Below are positions 27,636 through 41,607 of a stretch of DNA of 64,000 nt, in pieces (the first letter of the stretch is position 1; the number at the start of each line of letters is the position of its first letter). The notes under the pieces were generated by a model. It had not been told where the DNA came from. It made no database searches and worked only from the letters and a program-made list of their open reading frames with translations. This DNA is from an uncultured Acidobacteriota bacterium (GTDB lineage Bacteria; Acidobacteriota; Thermoanaerobaculia; Multivoradales; SZUA-115): assembly GCA_963805975.1 (NCBI GenBank), contig CAWDVR010000001.1, positions 672,001 through 736,000 on the forward strand, written 5' to 3'. Made by a program: the position numbers and the translations under genes.

Positions 27636-30103
27636 AGAGCGAGCGCTGGCGGCTCGTCAGCCCCCACCTCGACCGGGTGCTCGAGCTGTCCGCGGACGAG
27701 CGGCTGCGCTACCTCACCGACCTGCTGAGCGAGGACTCCGCGCTCGCCGCGGACCTCGAGCTGCTGCTCGGTGAAGAACGGCTGGTGCGCGACGAGAAGT
27801 ACCTGGAGCACGACGCGCAGGAGCTGCTCGGCAAGCCCGCTCTCATCGGGCAGGTCTTCGGCGCCTATGCACTGGTTCGACCGCTCGGCGCCGGGGGCAT
27901 GGGTAGCGTCTGGCTGGCGCGGCGGAGCGACGGCCACTTCGAGGGGACGGCCGCGGTCAAGCTCCTCTCCGCCGCGCTCCTGGGCCCTCTGGGCGCCTCC
28001 CGCTTCCGCCGCGAGGCCACGATCCTCGCGCGCATGAAGCACCCCCACATCGCCCAGCTCATCGACGCCGGCGTCTCCGAGGTCGGCCAGCCGTACCTGG
28101 TTCTCGAGTACGTCGAGGGCGAGCCGATCGACCACTGGTGCGATCGCCTGGCCCTCGATGTCCGGTCCCGTGTGCGGCTCTTTCTCGACGTGCTCGCCGC
28201 CGCGGCGCACGCGCACTCGAACCTCGTCGTCCACGCCGACCTCAAACCGTCGAACGTCATGGTGTCGAAAGAGGGGCGGGTGAAGCTGCTCGACTTCGGC
28301 ATCGCCAAGCTCCTCGAGGGGGAGGCCGGAGGCCGGGCCTTGACTCAGTTGACACTGGAAGGGGGGCGTGCCTTCACGCCGTCTTTCGCCGCGCCCGAGC
28401 AGGTCACGGGCGAGAGCGTGACCACCGCCACCGACGTCTACGGCCTGGGCGCGCTGCTCTATCTCCTCCTCTCTGGCCGCTATCCGGCCGGAGAGCCGGA
28501 CGCCTCGCCCGTCGAGCTGCTCAAGGCGATCGTCGAGACCGAGCCCGACCGCCTGTCCGACGCGGTCCACGACCCGCGCCTGGGGCGCGAGCTCCGGGGC
28601 GATCTCGACACCATCGCCGCCAAGGCCTTGAAGAAGCGCCCCGAAGAGCGCTACGAGTCGGTCGCCGCGCTGGCCGAGGATCTGCGCCGCTATCTTGCCG
28701 AGGAGCCGATCCTCGCCCGGCCCGATTCCCTGGCCTACCGGACCCGGAAGTTCGTGCGCCGCCATGCGCGGAGCCTGGCGGCCGCCGCCGTGGCGGTCTT
28801 TGCCCTGGCCGCGGTCGTAGCGTTCTACGGCGCCCGGCTCGCCGACGAACGGGACCGCGCGACCCGGGTGAGCGGTTTCCTGACCGACCTCTTGAGCCAC
28901 GCGGACCCGTACGTGTCCGGCCGGGGCGAGCCCACGGTGCGGAGCCTGCTCGACGCCGGCGCGGCCCGGGCGCGGAAAGACCTGACCGCGGAGCCCGAGC
29001 TCCAGCGCCAGATGCTCACCCTCCTGGGCCGGATCTACGAGCGGCGCGGAGCCTACGAGCTGGCCCTGCCGCTGCTCGACGAAGCCGTCGCTCTCGGCCG
29101 CCGGACCCTGGGCCCGAGTCGCGAGCTGGCCCAGAGCTTGAACGACCTGGGCGTCGCCCAGCAGCAGCGGGCCGAGCTGGACGCCGCCCGCACCACGCTC
29201 GAAGAGGCGCTCGCGATGCGGCGGAAGGTTCTCGGCGAGGAGCACCCGGACGTCGCCGTGACCTACAGCGAGCTCGGTCGAGTGTTCTTCGACCAGGGTC
29301 GCCTGGACGAAGCCGAGACGCACTTCCGTACGGCGCTCGCGATCCGGCGCAAGACGCTCGGAGAGGCCGACCACGAGACGGCGACCAGCATGAGCGATCT
29401 GGGCCTCCTCCTGCGCCAGAAGGGCGACCGGGCCGGAGCCGAGGAATTGTTTCGGGAGACCTTGACGGTGACTCGGGCCTCGAGCGGCTTGCGGCATCCG
29501 GACACCGCCACGGCGCTCGCCAACCTGGCCATGACCGTCAACGAGGGCGGCAACCATGTGGCCGCCGAGGCGATGTATCGCGAGTCGCTGGCCATCAGCA
29601 ATGCCAGCTTGGGAAGAGAGCATCCCGACAACGCACAACGCCTCGCCAGCCTCGCGGGAGTCCTACGGCTCAGAGGCAAGCTCGCCGAGGCAGCGGCGAG
29701 AAACGAGGAGGCCCTGGCGATCTCCCGGCCGGCCCTGGGCCTGGACCACCCGGCCGTCGCCCGCCAGGAGGTGGGTCTGGCGCGCACCTACCTCGAACAG
29801 GGCCGACCCGCCGACGCGGAGCCGCTGCTCCGTCACGCGCTCGGGGTGCAGCAGGGCAGTTATGCCGCCGACGACTGGCGGCTGGGGGCGACCCAGAGCC
29901 TCCTCGGGGACACCTGCACGAGGCTCTCCCGCTTTGCCGAAGCCGAGCCCTACCTGCTCCGCGCCTCCGACCTGCTTCAGGTGACGCCCGGCTCCGACGG
30001 CCTCGAGACCCGCGAGGCCCAGGCCAATCTCGCTCGCCTCGTCGCGCTCTACGAGGCCTGGGGCCAGCCCGAGAAGGCGGCGCCGTACCGCTCGCCGCGG
30101 TAG
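27632..30103 (+). CDS. Membrane Ser/Thr protein kinase with C-terminal TPR region
   Basis: GAGGMGSV, AVK, HADLKPSN, DFG, APE, DVYGLG; TM helix followed by kinesin-light-chain-like TPRs. Confidence 0.92.
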   Translation: MKSERWRLVSPHLDRVLELSADERLRYLTDLLSEDSALAADLELLLGEERLVRDEKYLEHDAQELLGKPALIGQVFGAYALVRPLGAGGMGSVWLARRSDGHFEGTAAVKLLSAALLGPLGASRFRREATILARMKHPHIAQLIDAGVSEVGQPYLVLEYVEGEPIDHWCDRLALDVRSRVRLFLDVLAAAAHAHSNLVVHADLKPSNVMVSKEGRVKLLDFGIAKLLEGEAGGRALTQLTLEGGRAFTPSFAAPEQVTGESVTTATDVYGLGALLYLLLSGRYPAGEPDASPVELLKAIVETEPDRLSDAVHDPRLGRELRGDLDTIAAKALKKRPEERYESVAALAEDLRRYLAEEPILARPDSLAYRTRKFVRRHARSLAAAAVAVFALAAVVAFYGARLADERDRATRVSGFLTDLLSHADPYVSGRGEPTVRSLLDAGAARARKDLTAEPELQRQMLTLLGRIYERRGAYELALPLLDEAVALGRRTLGPSRELAQSLNDLGVAQQQRAELDAARTTLEEALAMRRKVLGEEHPDVAVTYSELGRVFFDQGRLDEAETHFRTALAIRRKTLGEADHETATSMSDLGLLLRQKGDRAGAEELFRETLTVTRASSGLRHPDTATALANLAMTVNEGGNHVAAEAMYRESLAISNASLGREHPDNAQRLASLAGVLRLRGKLAEAAARNEEALAISRPALGLDHPAVARQEVGLARTYLEQGRPADAEPLLRHALGVQQGSYAADDWRLGATQSLLGDTCTRLSRFAEAEPYLLRASDLLQVTPGSDGLETREAQANLARLVALYEAWGQPEKAAPYRSPR

Positions 30104-30268
30104 AGCGCCGCTCTTCATCGGCTCGATCGTCAGGCCCGCCAGAAAATCTCTCGTCCCCCTGTCGTCTTTTCTCCGCCGATCTCGATTCTCCATGTGTCCG
30201 GTTGCTGTCGACCCATTCCGGGCGCGGCGCCGGCAAAACAACCGACGAGACTCATGAGGAGAAAAGGT

Positions 30269-31000
30269 ATGAAACCGAACAAGAAGCTTTGGCAGAGTGG
30301 AGTGGCAATGATCGGGTTGATGGTAGCGACCGCGGCCGCGGCCGATCCGGCCAGCAAGGTCGTCGAGCCCGGTCAGGAATTCGCCGGCAAGTCGTACAGC
30401 GAGCTGGCCGGCGAGTGGACCAACTGGCTGGTCGCGGAGCCCGTCGCGACGAACCCGGCGTTCGATCCCGATGGCAGGTTCTGCGATTCGAACCAGCACG
30501 GGAAGGTGTGGTTCCTGGCGAGCACCTTCGACGGGGTCGTCGATCGGACCTGCGAAGTGCCTGGCGGCAAGGCCCTCTTCCTGTCCTTGGGGGGCGTGTT
30601 CGTGAGCTTCGCGCCCGACTTTCCCTCGGCGGGCGATTCCTGCCTGCAGATGACGACGGGAGTGGAGAAGGTGCGGTGCGATGTCAACAATGACGTCCCC
30701 GTGGCCCCCGGCATCTCCTTCGAGGTCACTCTCGACGGCAAGCGCATCAAGGATCTCTTCGCGTTCCGGGCCCAGAGCCAGCCCGGGGGCTTCACCCTGC
30801 GGGTCCCGAACCCCTCCTTCCTCACCGATCTCGGGCTCCCCGCGGGAAACCGCTCCCCCGCGGTGGCCGACGGATACTTCCTCTTCCTGAAGCCGCTGAA
30901 GGCCGGCGAGCACACACTCAACCTGCGCATGACCAATCCCGATCAGTCCGTGACGGGTGTCAACTACACCTTGATCATTCAGGACGGAGATGACGACTGA
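30269..31000 (+). CDS. Hypothetical secreted protein (Cys-containing)
   Basis: Signal peptide; VWFLA, RTC.VP and AVADGYFLFLKPL.G.HTL motifs; directly downstream of the ECF/kinase pair. Confidence 0.7.
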   Translation: MKPNKKLWQSGVAMIGLMVATAAAADPASKVVEPGQEFAGKSYSELAGEWTNWLVAEPVATNPAFDPDGRFCDSNQHGKVWFLASTFDGVVDRTCEVPGGKALFLSLGGVFVSFAPDFPSAGDSCLQMTTGVEKVRCDVNNDVPVAPGISFEVTLDGKRIKDLFAFRAQSQPGGFTLRVPNPSFLTDLGLPAGNRSPAVADGYFLFLKPLKAGEHTLNLRMTNPDQSVTGVNYTLIIQDGDDD

Positions 31001-31088
31001 GGCCTACTCCTGTATCACCACCGACCGCATGACCCGCCGCCTCGCTGGCCGGCGGGTTCGGCATTTGCAGCCGGCACAGACTCGGTGC

Positions 31089-34429
<3,341 letters not shown>

Positions 34430-34433
<4 letters not shown>

Positions 34434-35245
34434 GCCAGGGGTTCTCCGGAAGTGTCGAGGGCGAGCTCCGGCGCGGGCGCGGAGCGGTTGGGAAGACGGA
34501 GGAGGAACTCTTCGGCGAGCAGGCTGTAGGCCACGGCGCCTGTCGCGTGTGGATCGTAGTCGAAGATCGTCTGCCCGGCGCCCGGTGCCTCGGCGAGCCG
34601 CACGTTGACGCGGATCTCGACCGCGAAGACCTCGGTGCCGAAGCCCTCGCGGATCGCGTCCACCGTCGAGCGGGTGGCCTTGAGACGATAGTCCACCATG
34701 GTCAGCAGCAGGCCGAGGAGCGGCGCCTTGACGCCGACCCGGCTGGTGAGCCGCTGCGCCGCGGCGACCAGGTTCGAGACGCCTTCCCAGGCCAGATACT
34801 GCGGCACCACCGGCACGATGAAGCCGTCGGAGGCGACCAGCGCGTTGACCGGCAGCAGCGAGAGGGAAGGCGGGCAGTCGAGGAAGATGAAGTCGTAGTC
34901 GTCACGCACCGGGGCGATGCGGTCCGCGAGCCGGCGCTCCTTCTGGCGCAGCACGCCCAGCTCGAGGTCGGCGTGCAGGAGATCGACCGAGGCCGGCACC
35001 AGGTCGAGGCCGGGGGTCGCGGTCGGCCGGATGGCGTCGCGTACCGAGGTGTCCCCGAGCAGGATGTCGGCGGCCGAGCGGTCCGAGGTGCCGCGCCCGA
35101 GGCCCAGCGACAAGCTCGCGGAGCCCTGGCTATCGAGGTCGACGAGCAGCACACGGCGGCCGCGGCGAGCCAGGGCGGCGGCGAGGTTCACCGTGGTGGT
35201 GGTCTTGCCGACCCCACCCTTCTTGCTGACCAGCGCGACGATCAT
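34430..35245 (-). CDS. ParA/Soj family ATPase (orphan)
   Basis: KKGGVGKTTT, VDLDSQG, DCPPSL, LAEAP; stop overlaps the amidohydrolase ATG. Confidence 0.9.
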
Positions 35246-35483
35246 GGATGAAGGGGTCCCTCGGAGCGAAAGGTGGCCTGTAATGTTTGGATTGTACTTT
35301 GTAGGCTGTTGGGTTTCAGGCGCCGGCACCGATTGGGGTTCCACGGGTCCCGCTCTCGATGCCGAGCGCCACTTTTTAGACAGACGCTGAACCCGGATAT
35401 GCCTGAGCGACTGTTTGACAGCAAAGGCATGCTGGCGTAGCTTGACCGCACGTTTTGAACGCTTCCTGTAGGCGAGGCCCGCC

Positions 35484-38400
35484 ATGAAAAAACGCCTCTT
35501 TGCGTCGCGCCGCAGGCGCAGCGGGTGTCCCCTGATCCCGCTGCTCGCCTTCTCCTCGCTCCTTCTCGCCTTCCCCGGCATGCGGCTCGCGGCCCAGACC
35601 GCCGGCTTCGAGGAAGCCGCTTCCGTAGTGATCGTCGAAGTGCCGGTGCAGGTGGTCGACGACAACGGCGAGCCGGTGCGCGGCCTGGGGCCAGAGAATT
35701 TCGTCATCACCGACGGACGCCGGCAGCGCGACATCCTGGACTTCGAGGTGATCGACCGCGCCACGGTGGGCCAGGGCACGCAAACGGCGAACGTGCCGCC
35801 CGCGGGCCGGCGGCACTTCCTCCTGCTCTTCGACCTTTCGTTCTCGGACCCTACTTCGATCCTCGCCGCACGGCAGGCGGCGCAGAGCGTGCTCGACCGT
35901 ATGCACCCGACCGACCTGGTGGCGGTCGGCACCTTCACCCTGCTGCGCGGCACCGAGCTGATCCTCCGCTTCACCTCCGACCGCAAGCAGGCCGGGATCG
36001 CCATCGAGACGCTCGGCTCGCCGCAGGTGGTGGACCGCAGCCCGGACCCGCTGGGGCTGATGATCAGCAGCCCGCGGCCGGAAGTCGGCGCAACCATGGG
36101 TGGCGGGGTCGCGGCGGAGAACAAGGCGGACCGCTCGGCGATGGTCGAGGAGCACCTGCGCGACCTGGAGGATCTGTCGGCGAAGAACAACCGCGCGGCG
36201 CAGGAGGGCCGGGTGCAGGGCCTGGTGCGCTCGATGGCGGACCTGGCCGGCCTGATGCGCGCGGTGGAGGGCCGGAAGTACGTGGTCTACCTGTCGGAGG
36301 GCTTCGACAGCAAGATCCTGCTCGGCGAGGGCGGCCAGGACGAGGACCGCAGCCGCGCCATCGAGTCCGGCGAGCTGTGGGACGTGTCGACCGACGAGAT
36401 GTTCGGCAGCGGGCGCCTCCAGAACAGCCTGGAGAAGATGCTCGAAGAGTTCCGCCGCGCCGACTGCACCATCCAGGCGGTGGACATCGGCCGCCTGCGC
36501 GGGCAGGGCGAGGGGCCGTCCATGGCCGGTGGCCAGGAGGGCCTCTTCGCCATGGCCAAGGGCACGGGCGGCGAGCTCTACCGCAACTTCAACGACCTGG
36601 GCGAGGCGATGGGCAAGATGCTGGAGAAGACCAGCGTCACCTACCTCCTCACCTTCCAGCCCGAGGATCTGCTGGCCGACGGCAGCTACCGCCCGATCAA
36701 GGTGCGGCTGCAAAACGCGCCGCGCGGCGCCCGCCTGGTGCATCGCCCCGGCTACTTCGCGCCCAAGCCCGAGGGCCAGACCTCTCCCGAAGAGCAGCGC
36801 CTGCAACTGGCGTCGAAGCTCCTGGCCGGCGAGCCCGGCGGCACCCTGGGCGTCTCGGTGCTGGCCGTGCCGTTCAAGGTTGCGGGCGCCAAGGCGGCGG
36901 TGCCGGTGCTGATCGAGGTGGACGGCAAGCGTCTGGCCGGGCGCGCCACCACCGGCAGCGTCACGACCGAGATCTACGCTTACGCCCTCGATCCGGCGGG
37001 CGGGGTGGCCGACTACTTCTTCCAGACCTTGGATCTCGACCTGGGCAAGCTCGGCCCGCGGCTCGCCACCGGCGGCATCAAGCTCTACGGCCGCTTCGAC
37101 CTCGATCCAGGGAGCTACAACGTCCGCGTGCTGGTGCGAAACGGCGCGCAGAACACGACCGGCGTGTCCACGGCGTCGCTCGAGGTGCCGGCCTTCGAGC
37201 CGGGCAGCCTGGTGCTGCTGCCGCCGCTGGTGCCCGAGATGGTGCTCGACAAGTGGTTGATGGTGCGCCAGCCCCCCACTCCGGGCGAGCCGGAGCTCGC
37301 CTACCCGTTCACGCTCGGAGAAGGCGAGTCCTTCATCCCGGCCGTGGTGCCGGTCGTCGCCGGCGGCAAGCCGGTGCAGGTGGGCGTCTTCGCCTACGGC
37401 GCCGGCGAGGAATCGCCGTCGCTCTCGGCCGAGATCCGAAACGCCCAGGGCGACGTGGTGCTCGGCCGGCAGTTGCCGGTGCTGGCCCGCTATCCGGCTA
37501 CCGCGGACGGCCCCACGCATTTCCTCGCCGCGCTGGAAGTGGCCGGCGTGGCGCCCGGTGACTACACGCTCGCGGTCGGCATCGCCGACAACAAGTCCGG
37601 CCGCCGCGATCTCGCCACCATTCCGGTCCGGATCGAGGCCGGGCCGCCGGGCGCCGGCGGCTCGACCATGGTGGTCGACGGTCTGCCGCCCGTCGTGGAT
37701 CCTTCCGCAGAGGCCGACAGAGGCCCGAGCGTCAAGGACCGCGAGCGCATCCCGCAGCTCGAGAATGCCTACCACGAGGTGCTGACCAAGCTCTCGAGCG
37801 GTTTCGAGCGCGACGCCGCCGAGGCCCTGCAGGCGATGGAGAAGGCCGAGTCCAAGGCCACGGACGATCTGCTGCTCGAGGTCCTGCACGGCGCCGAGAT
37901 GACGGTCGCCCGCCAGCTCGCCCGCCAGGCGCCCGACGCCCTGATCCCCGTGGTGCTGCTCCACGAGTCGCTCTACATCGGCTACCGCGACCGCGAGGAG
38001 CGGCTGCTGGCACGCCACAGCCGCTCCATGGTGCAGCAGCTGGCCGAGCTCTACGTCGAGGCCGGCGGCACTCCCACCTCGGTGGCGGCGAACGTCTTCA
38101 CCAGCCTCGGCGGCTCCTTGCAGCAGGCGGGGCTCACCTCCTCGGCCAACAGCCTGTTCCTGCGCGCCTTGGATCTGGAGAAGGGCAACGAGGGCGCGTT
38201 GCTCTCGCTCGCCGTGTACTCGGAGAAGGTCTCGGACTACGGCAAGGCGGTCTCCTACCTCGAGAAGCTGGTCGACCTCCACCCGGGCAACAGCGAAGCC
38301 TGGCTGCGCCTGGGCATCAACCTGCAGCGCCTGGAGCGCACGGCAGCGGCGCAGCGCTGGTTGCAGCGGTCGCGGTCGCCCGAGGCCCTGGAGTGGGTGC

Positions 38401-38744
38401 GGGCCCTGGCCTACGAGGAGCTCGCCGCCATCGCCCAGCAGGGCGGCGACCTGCAGCAGGCGGAGACGCTGCTGCGAGAAGGGATCGACCAGGTACCGAG
38501 CGACCAGCGGCTCTACCTCCAGCTCGCCAACGTCCTCGACCGCCGCGGCCAGATCCGCGCCGCGCTGGTGGCGCTCGACGGGCTGCAGCCGACCGCCAGC
38601 GAGTCCCCCCGCATGCGCTACAACCGCTGGCCTGCCGCCGCCCTCGAGCGCAGCCGGCTGGAGCTCAAGAACACGGCGTCGAGCCGCCTGCCGGTGCTGG
38701 CGCGGGTGGTGAACGATCTCGCCAGGACGGAGTGGGCCCGATGA
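35484..38744 (+). CDS. VWA (VWFA-related, Acidobacterial type) domain protein with Ig-like and TPR regions
   Basis: VEVPVQVVDDNGEPVRGL, LLFDLSFS, GRKYVVYLSEG, TGG..Y, YLLTF; C-terminal TPRs. Confidence 0.85.
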   Translation: MKKRLFASRRRRSGCPLIPLLAFSSLLLAFPGMRLAAQTAGFEEAASVVIVEVPVQVVDDNGEPVRGLGPENFVITDGRRQRDILDFEVIDRATVGQGTQTANVPPAGRRHFLLLFDLSFSDPTSILAARQAAQSVLDRMHPTDLVAVGTFTLLRGTELILRFTSDRKQAGIAIETLGSPQVVDRSPDPLGLMISSPRPEVGATMGGGVAAENKADRSAMVEEHLRDLEDLSAKNNRAAQEGRVQGLVRSMADLAGLMRAVEGRKYVVYLSEGFDSKILLGEGGQDEDRSRAIESGELWDVSTDEMFGSGRLQNSLEKMLEEFRRADCTIQAVDIGRLRGQGEGPSMAGGQEGLFAMAKGTGGELYRNFNDLGEAMGKMLEKTSVTYLLTFQPEDLLADGSYRPIKVRLQNAPRGARLVHRPGYFAPKPEGQTSPEEQRLQLASKLLAGEPGGTLGVSVLAVPFKVAGAKAAVPVLIEVDGKRLAGRATTGSVTTEIYAYALDPAGGVADYFFQTLDLDLGKLGPRLATGGIKLYGRFDLDPGSYNVRVLVRNGAQNTTGVSTASLEVPAFEPGSLVLLPPLVPEMVLDKWLMVRQPPTPGEPELAYPFTLGEGESFIPAVVPVVAGGKPVQVGVFAYGAGEESPSLSAEIRNAQGDVVLGRQLPVLARYPATADGPTHFLAALEVAGVAPGDYTLAVGIADNKSGRRDLATIPVRIEAGPPGAGGSTMVVDGLPPVVDPSAEADRGPSVKDRERIPQLENAYHEVLTKLSSGFERDAAEALQAMEKAESKATDDLLLEVLHGAEMTVARQLARQAPDALIPVVLLHESLYIGYRDREERLLARHSRSMVQQLAELYVEAGGTPTSVAANVFTSLGGSLQQAGLTSSANSLFLRALDLEKGNEGALLSLAVYSEKVSDYGKAVSYLEKLVDLHPGNSEAWLRLGINLQRLERTAAAQRWLQRSRSPEALEWVRALAYEELAAIAQQGGDLQQAETLLREGIDQVPSDQRLYLQLANVLDRRGQIRAALVALDGLQPTASESPRMRYNRWPAAALERSRLELKNTASSRLPVLARVVNDLARTEWAR

Positions 38745-39940
38745 AGACCTCGACGCTGACCCTGCTGACCTCCGCGCTCGCCACCGCCGCGCTCCTCGCT
38801 CTGCCGGGCGGCGCGGCGCCGCCGGCCACCGGCGCGATTCGCGTCGCCATCACCTATCCGGGCGACGGCGACAACTCCTACGGCGAGTTCGAGCTGGCGG
38901 CGAACGTCGAGGCTGGCGAGCCGATCCAGGCGGTCGAGTTCTACATCGACGGCCAGCTCAGGGGCCGGGTCACCACGCCGCCTTACAAGCTCAAGGTGGA
39001 CGTGGGCTGGGAGAACCAGGAGCACCACTACCGCGTGGTGGCCATCGGGGCCTCCGGCGCCACCGCCGAGGCGCGCCGCATGACGCGGGCCGTGGCCGTG
39101 GACGACAACGTGACCATCCAGCTCCGCCAGCTCTACGTCACGGTGGGGAGCGGCGGCACGCGCAACCCGGGCCTCGAGCGCCACGACTTCGAGATCTTCG
39201 ACGAGGGCAGGAAGCAGGAGACCATCACCTTCGAGCGTGGCGACGCGCCGATCACCGCGGTCGTGCTGCTGGACACCAGCGAGAGCATGAAGGGCTCCCT
39301 GCTCGACAAGGCGCTCGAGGGCGCCCGGGTCTTCGTCAGGGGCTTGAAGGGCCTCGACCAGGGCATGATCGTCCGCTTTTCGGACCGCATGCTCGCGGCT
39401 TCCGACTTCTCGAGCGACTCCGCCGAGCTCAGCGGCGTGCTGCGCACCGGGACCGCCGAGGGCGGCTCGGCGATCAACGACCATCTCTACCTCGCGCTGA
39501 AGCGGCTCGACGGCCAGCCCGGCCGTCCGGTGGTGGTGCTGCTCTCCGACGGCATCGACGTCCACAGCGCGCTGCCGATGCGGGAAGTGGTGTGGAAGGC
39601 GACCCGCAGCCAAGCCCTGATCTACTGGATCCAGCTCAAGGCCGAGGGCAAGAGCAGCGGCGACACTCTCTCGACCGCGTGGCGCAGCGGCGACCAGCAG
39701 AAGGAAGAGATGACGCGCCTCACCGAGGCGGTGGAGCAGAGCGGCGGCGAGATCCTGCCCATCACGCGACCCGACGAGCTGACCCACGCCTTCGCCACCG
39801 TGCTCGCCGACCTGCGCGCGCAGTACGTGCTCGGCTACTACCCGTCGAACGCCCTGGGTGACGGAAGCTGGCACAAGGTGCGGGTGGCCGTGAAGGGCAC
39901 CGATCGCGTGCGACACCGCGGCGGCTACGTGGACAACTAG
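38741..39940 (+). CDS. Ig-like + VWA domain protein
   Basis: VEFYIDG Ig-like domain; MIDAS DTSES, LSDG.D, QYVLGY. Confidence 0.85.
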   Translation: MKTSTLTLLTSALATAALLALPGGAAPPATGAIRVAITYPGDGDNSYGEFELAANVEAGEPIQAVEFYIDGQLRGRVTTPPYKLKVDVGWENQEHHYRVVAIGASGATAEARRMTRAVAVDDNVTIQLRQLYVTVGSGGTRNPGLERHDFEIFDEGRKQETITFERGDAPITAVVLLDTSESMKGSLLDKALEGARVFVRGLKGLDQGMIVRFSDRMLAASDFSSDSAELSGVLRTGTAEGGSAINDHLYLALKRLDGQPGRPVVVLLSDGIDVHSALPMREVVWKATRSQALIYWIQLKAEGKSSGDTLSTAWRSGDQQKEEMTRLTEAVEQSGGEILPITRPDELTHAFATVLADLRAQYVLGYYPSNALGDGSWHKVRVAVKGTDRVRHRGGYVDN

Positions 39941-40029
39941 GAGCGCCTACCAAGACCTGCGCCGCGGCCAAGCCGCTGTGTAGGGCTCGCCACGGCCTCG
40001 ATAGCGCTCTACTGGCTACTTTTGTCTAC

Positions 40030-41496
40030 TCAATTGTCGCCCTGTGCCGGGGCAGTGACCGGCAGGCCAGCGAGAGCTGCATCCCGGTTGGGCTTCGCCA
40101 GCGGATGGTCCGGCATGATGGCGAGCGCCTTGTCGAAGTACTCGACGCTCGCCTGGTTCTCCCCCAGACGATAGAGAAAGTGGCCGTAGGTGTTGTATAT
40201 CGACGAGTCTCGGACCGGAAGTGTCGGCTCCAGCGCCAGGGCCTTTTGATACGCCGCCCTGGCCTTCTCGTGGTTGCCCAGGTTGTCGTTCGCGAGGCCG
40301 AGGTTGAACCAGGCCAGGTAGGAGCTCGGGTGACGCTGGACGAGGGCTTCGAAATCGTGCTTCGCGCCGGCCGAATCTCCCGACATCCGCCGTAGGCGGG
40401 CTTCCTGGAGAAGGAGCGCATCCTCCTCGGGGAAGCTCGTCAGGGCTTCCCCGAGCAGCGTAGCGTAGAGGTTCTCTCTCTGTAGCTGGTAGCTCGCGAC
40501 AGGCGTCTGGAGGCTCATGAGATTCTTGCCGATCTCCTCGGGAACACTCACGTTCTGCCGCACGCCGTAGAGCGCGGCACCCGAAGCCAGCTCCTTGGCG
40601 CTGACCCGGACCAGCGTGTAGTAGCGGTAGAGGCCGCTCTGCGGGTCGCGGGCGAAGGCTGAGCGGACCTCTTCCAGATCCTGGGCGAGGAACGTCGCGA
40701 AGTCCTTGGAGTCGATACCGGCGGCCTCAGGTGTGCTGCTCTCGATGCGGCTGCTGAAGAAACGGATCGCTTCTCCGGCGGCGTTCTTCCGTGAGAGCTC
40801 GCGGGCCTGTCCGAGCGACGAGCTGGTGCCGCTGGCCGTGAAGAACTGCGCGTCGCCGGTGAGCTGCGGTGGCTCCCGCACCCAGGCCGGTACGACCTGC
40901 TCGGGGTCCTGGGCGAACGCCGGCTGCGTGAAGAGCCCGAGGGCTGCGGCGATCGGCAGAGAGTCGACGGAGAAGCGAGCAGCCGTCTTCTCGGCAGACG
41001 ACTTGCCGTCTAGCTCGGCCGCGATCCGGTCGACGGCGCGGAGCGATTCCCGGAAACTGTCGATATACGCCTCGCGATCATCGAATCCTGCGGGCAGCTC
41101 CTGCTGGAGCTTCAGGTCGGCATCCTCGAGGTGGGGTCGCGCACGGTGGCAGGCCGCATTGAGGGTGCCTCTGTCGATCTCGTAGACGGTCGCCTTGACG
41201 ACGGTGATCGCACCGACCAGGATGCCGGCGACGGCCGAGCCCACTTTCGTGACCTTTGCGGTCTTCACCGGCTGGAGAGCCGTGACCGCGAGCCCGAGGA
41301 GTCCGGTGGCGACGGCGAGGCCGAGAACGACCTTGGCGTCCCAGGCCCAGCCCGTGACCATCTCCCGCCGTTCCTCGAGCTGTACTTTCAGCGTGGCAAG
41401 GGCGGGGCTCTCGGTCTGAGCGGCCAGGGCTCCCGCGGCGATGGTCGCCCAGACCGAGATCAACAGCACCAGCGCGAGTCGGTGACGGCAGGTCAT
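40030..41496 (-). CDS. Membrane protein with 2-TM region, LPP20-like segment and C-terminal TPRs
   Basis: Signal peptide, two hydrophobic helices, PAWV..P motif, AWFNLG and IYNTYG TPRs. Confidence 0.7.
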   Translation of the reverse strand: MTCRHRLALVLLISVWATIAAGALAAQTESPALATLKVQLEERREMVTGWAWDAKVVLGLAVATGLLGLAVTALQPVKTAKVTKVGSAVAGILVGAITVVKATVYEIDRGTLNAACHRARPHLEDADLKLQQELPAGFDDREAYIDSFRESLRAVDRIAAELDGKSSAEKTAARFSVDSLPIAAALGLFTQPAFAQDPEQVVPAWVREPPQLTGDAQFFTASGTSSSLGQARELSRKNAAGEAIRFFSSRIESSTPEAAGIDSKDFATFLAQDLEEVRSAFARDPQSGLYRYYTLVRVSAKELASGAALYGVRQNVSVPEEIGKNLMSLQTPVASYQLQRENLYATLLGEALTSFPEEDALLLQEARLRRMSGDSAGAKHDFEALVQRHPSSYLAWFNLGLANDNLGNHEKARAAYQKALALEPTLPVRDSSIYNTYGHFLYRLGENQASVEYFDKALAIMPDHPLAKPNRDAALAGLPVTAPAQGDN

Positions 41497-41607
41497 GGTT
41501 CCTCCGTTGGAATGTGCTCTCGATTTGGACGGACGTGGGCCAGTTTCTTCTCACCAGGCACCGGGCGGAGCCTCTCGAAAAGGTGTGCCGCGCTATCATC
41601 CGGCGCC

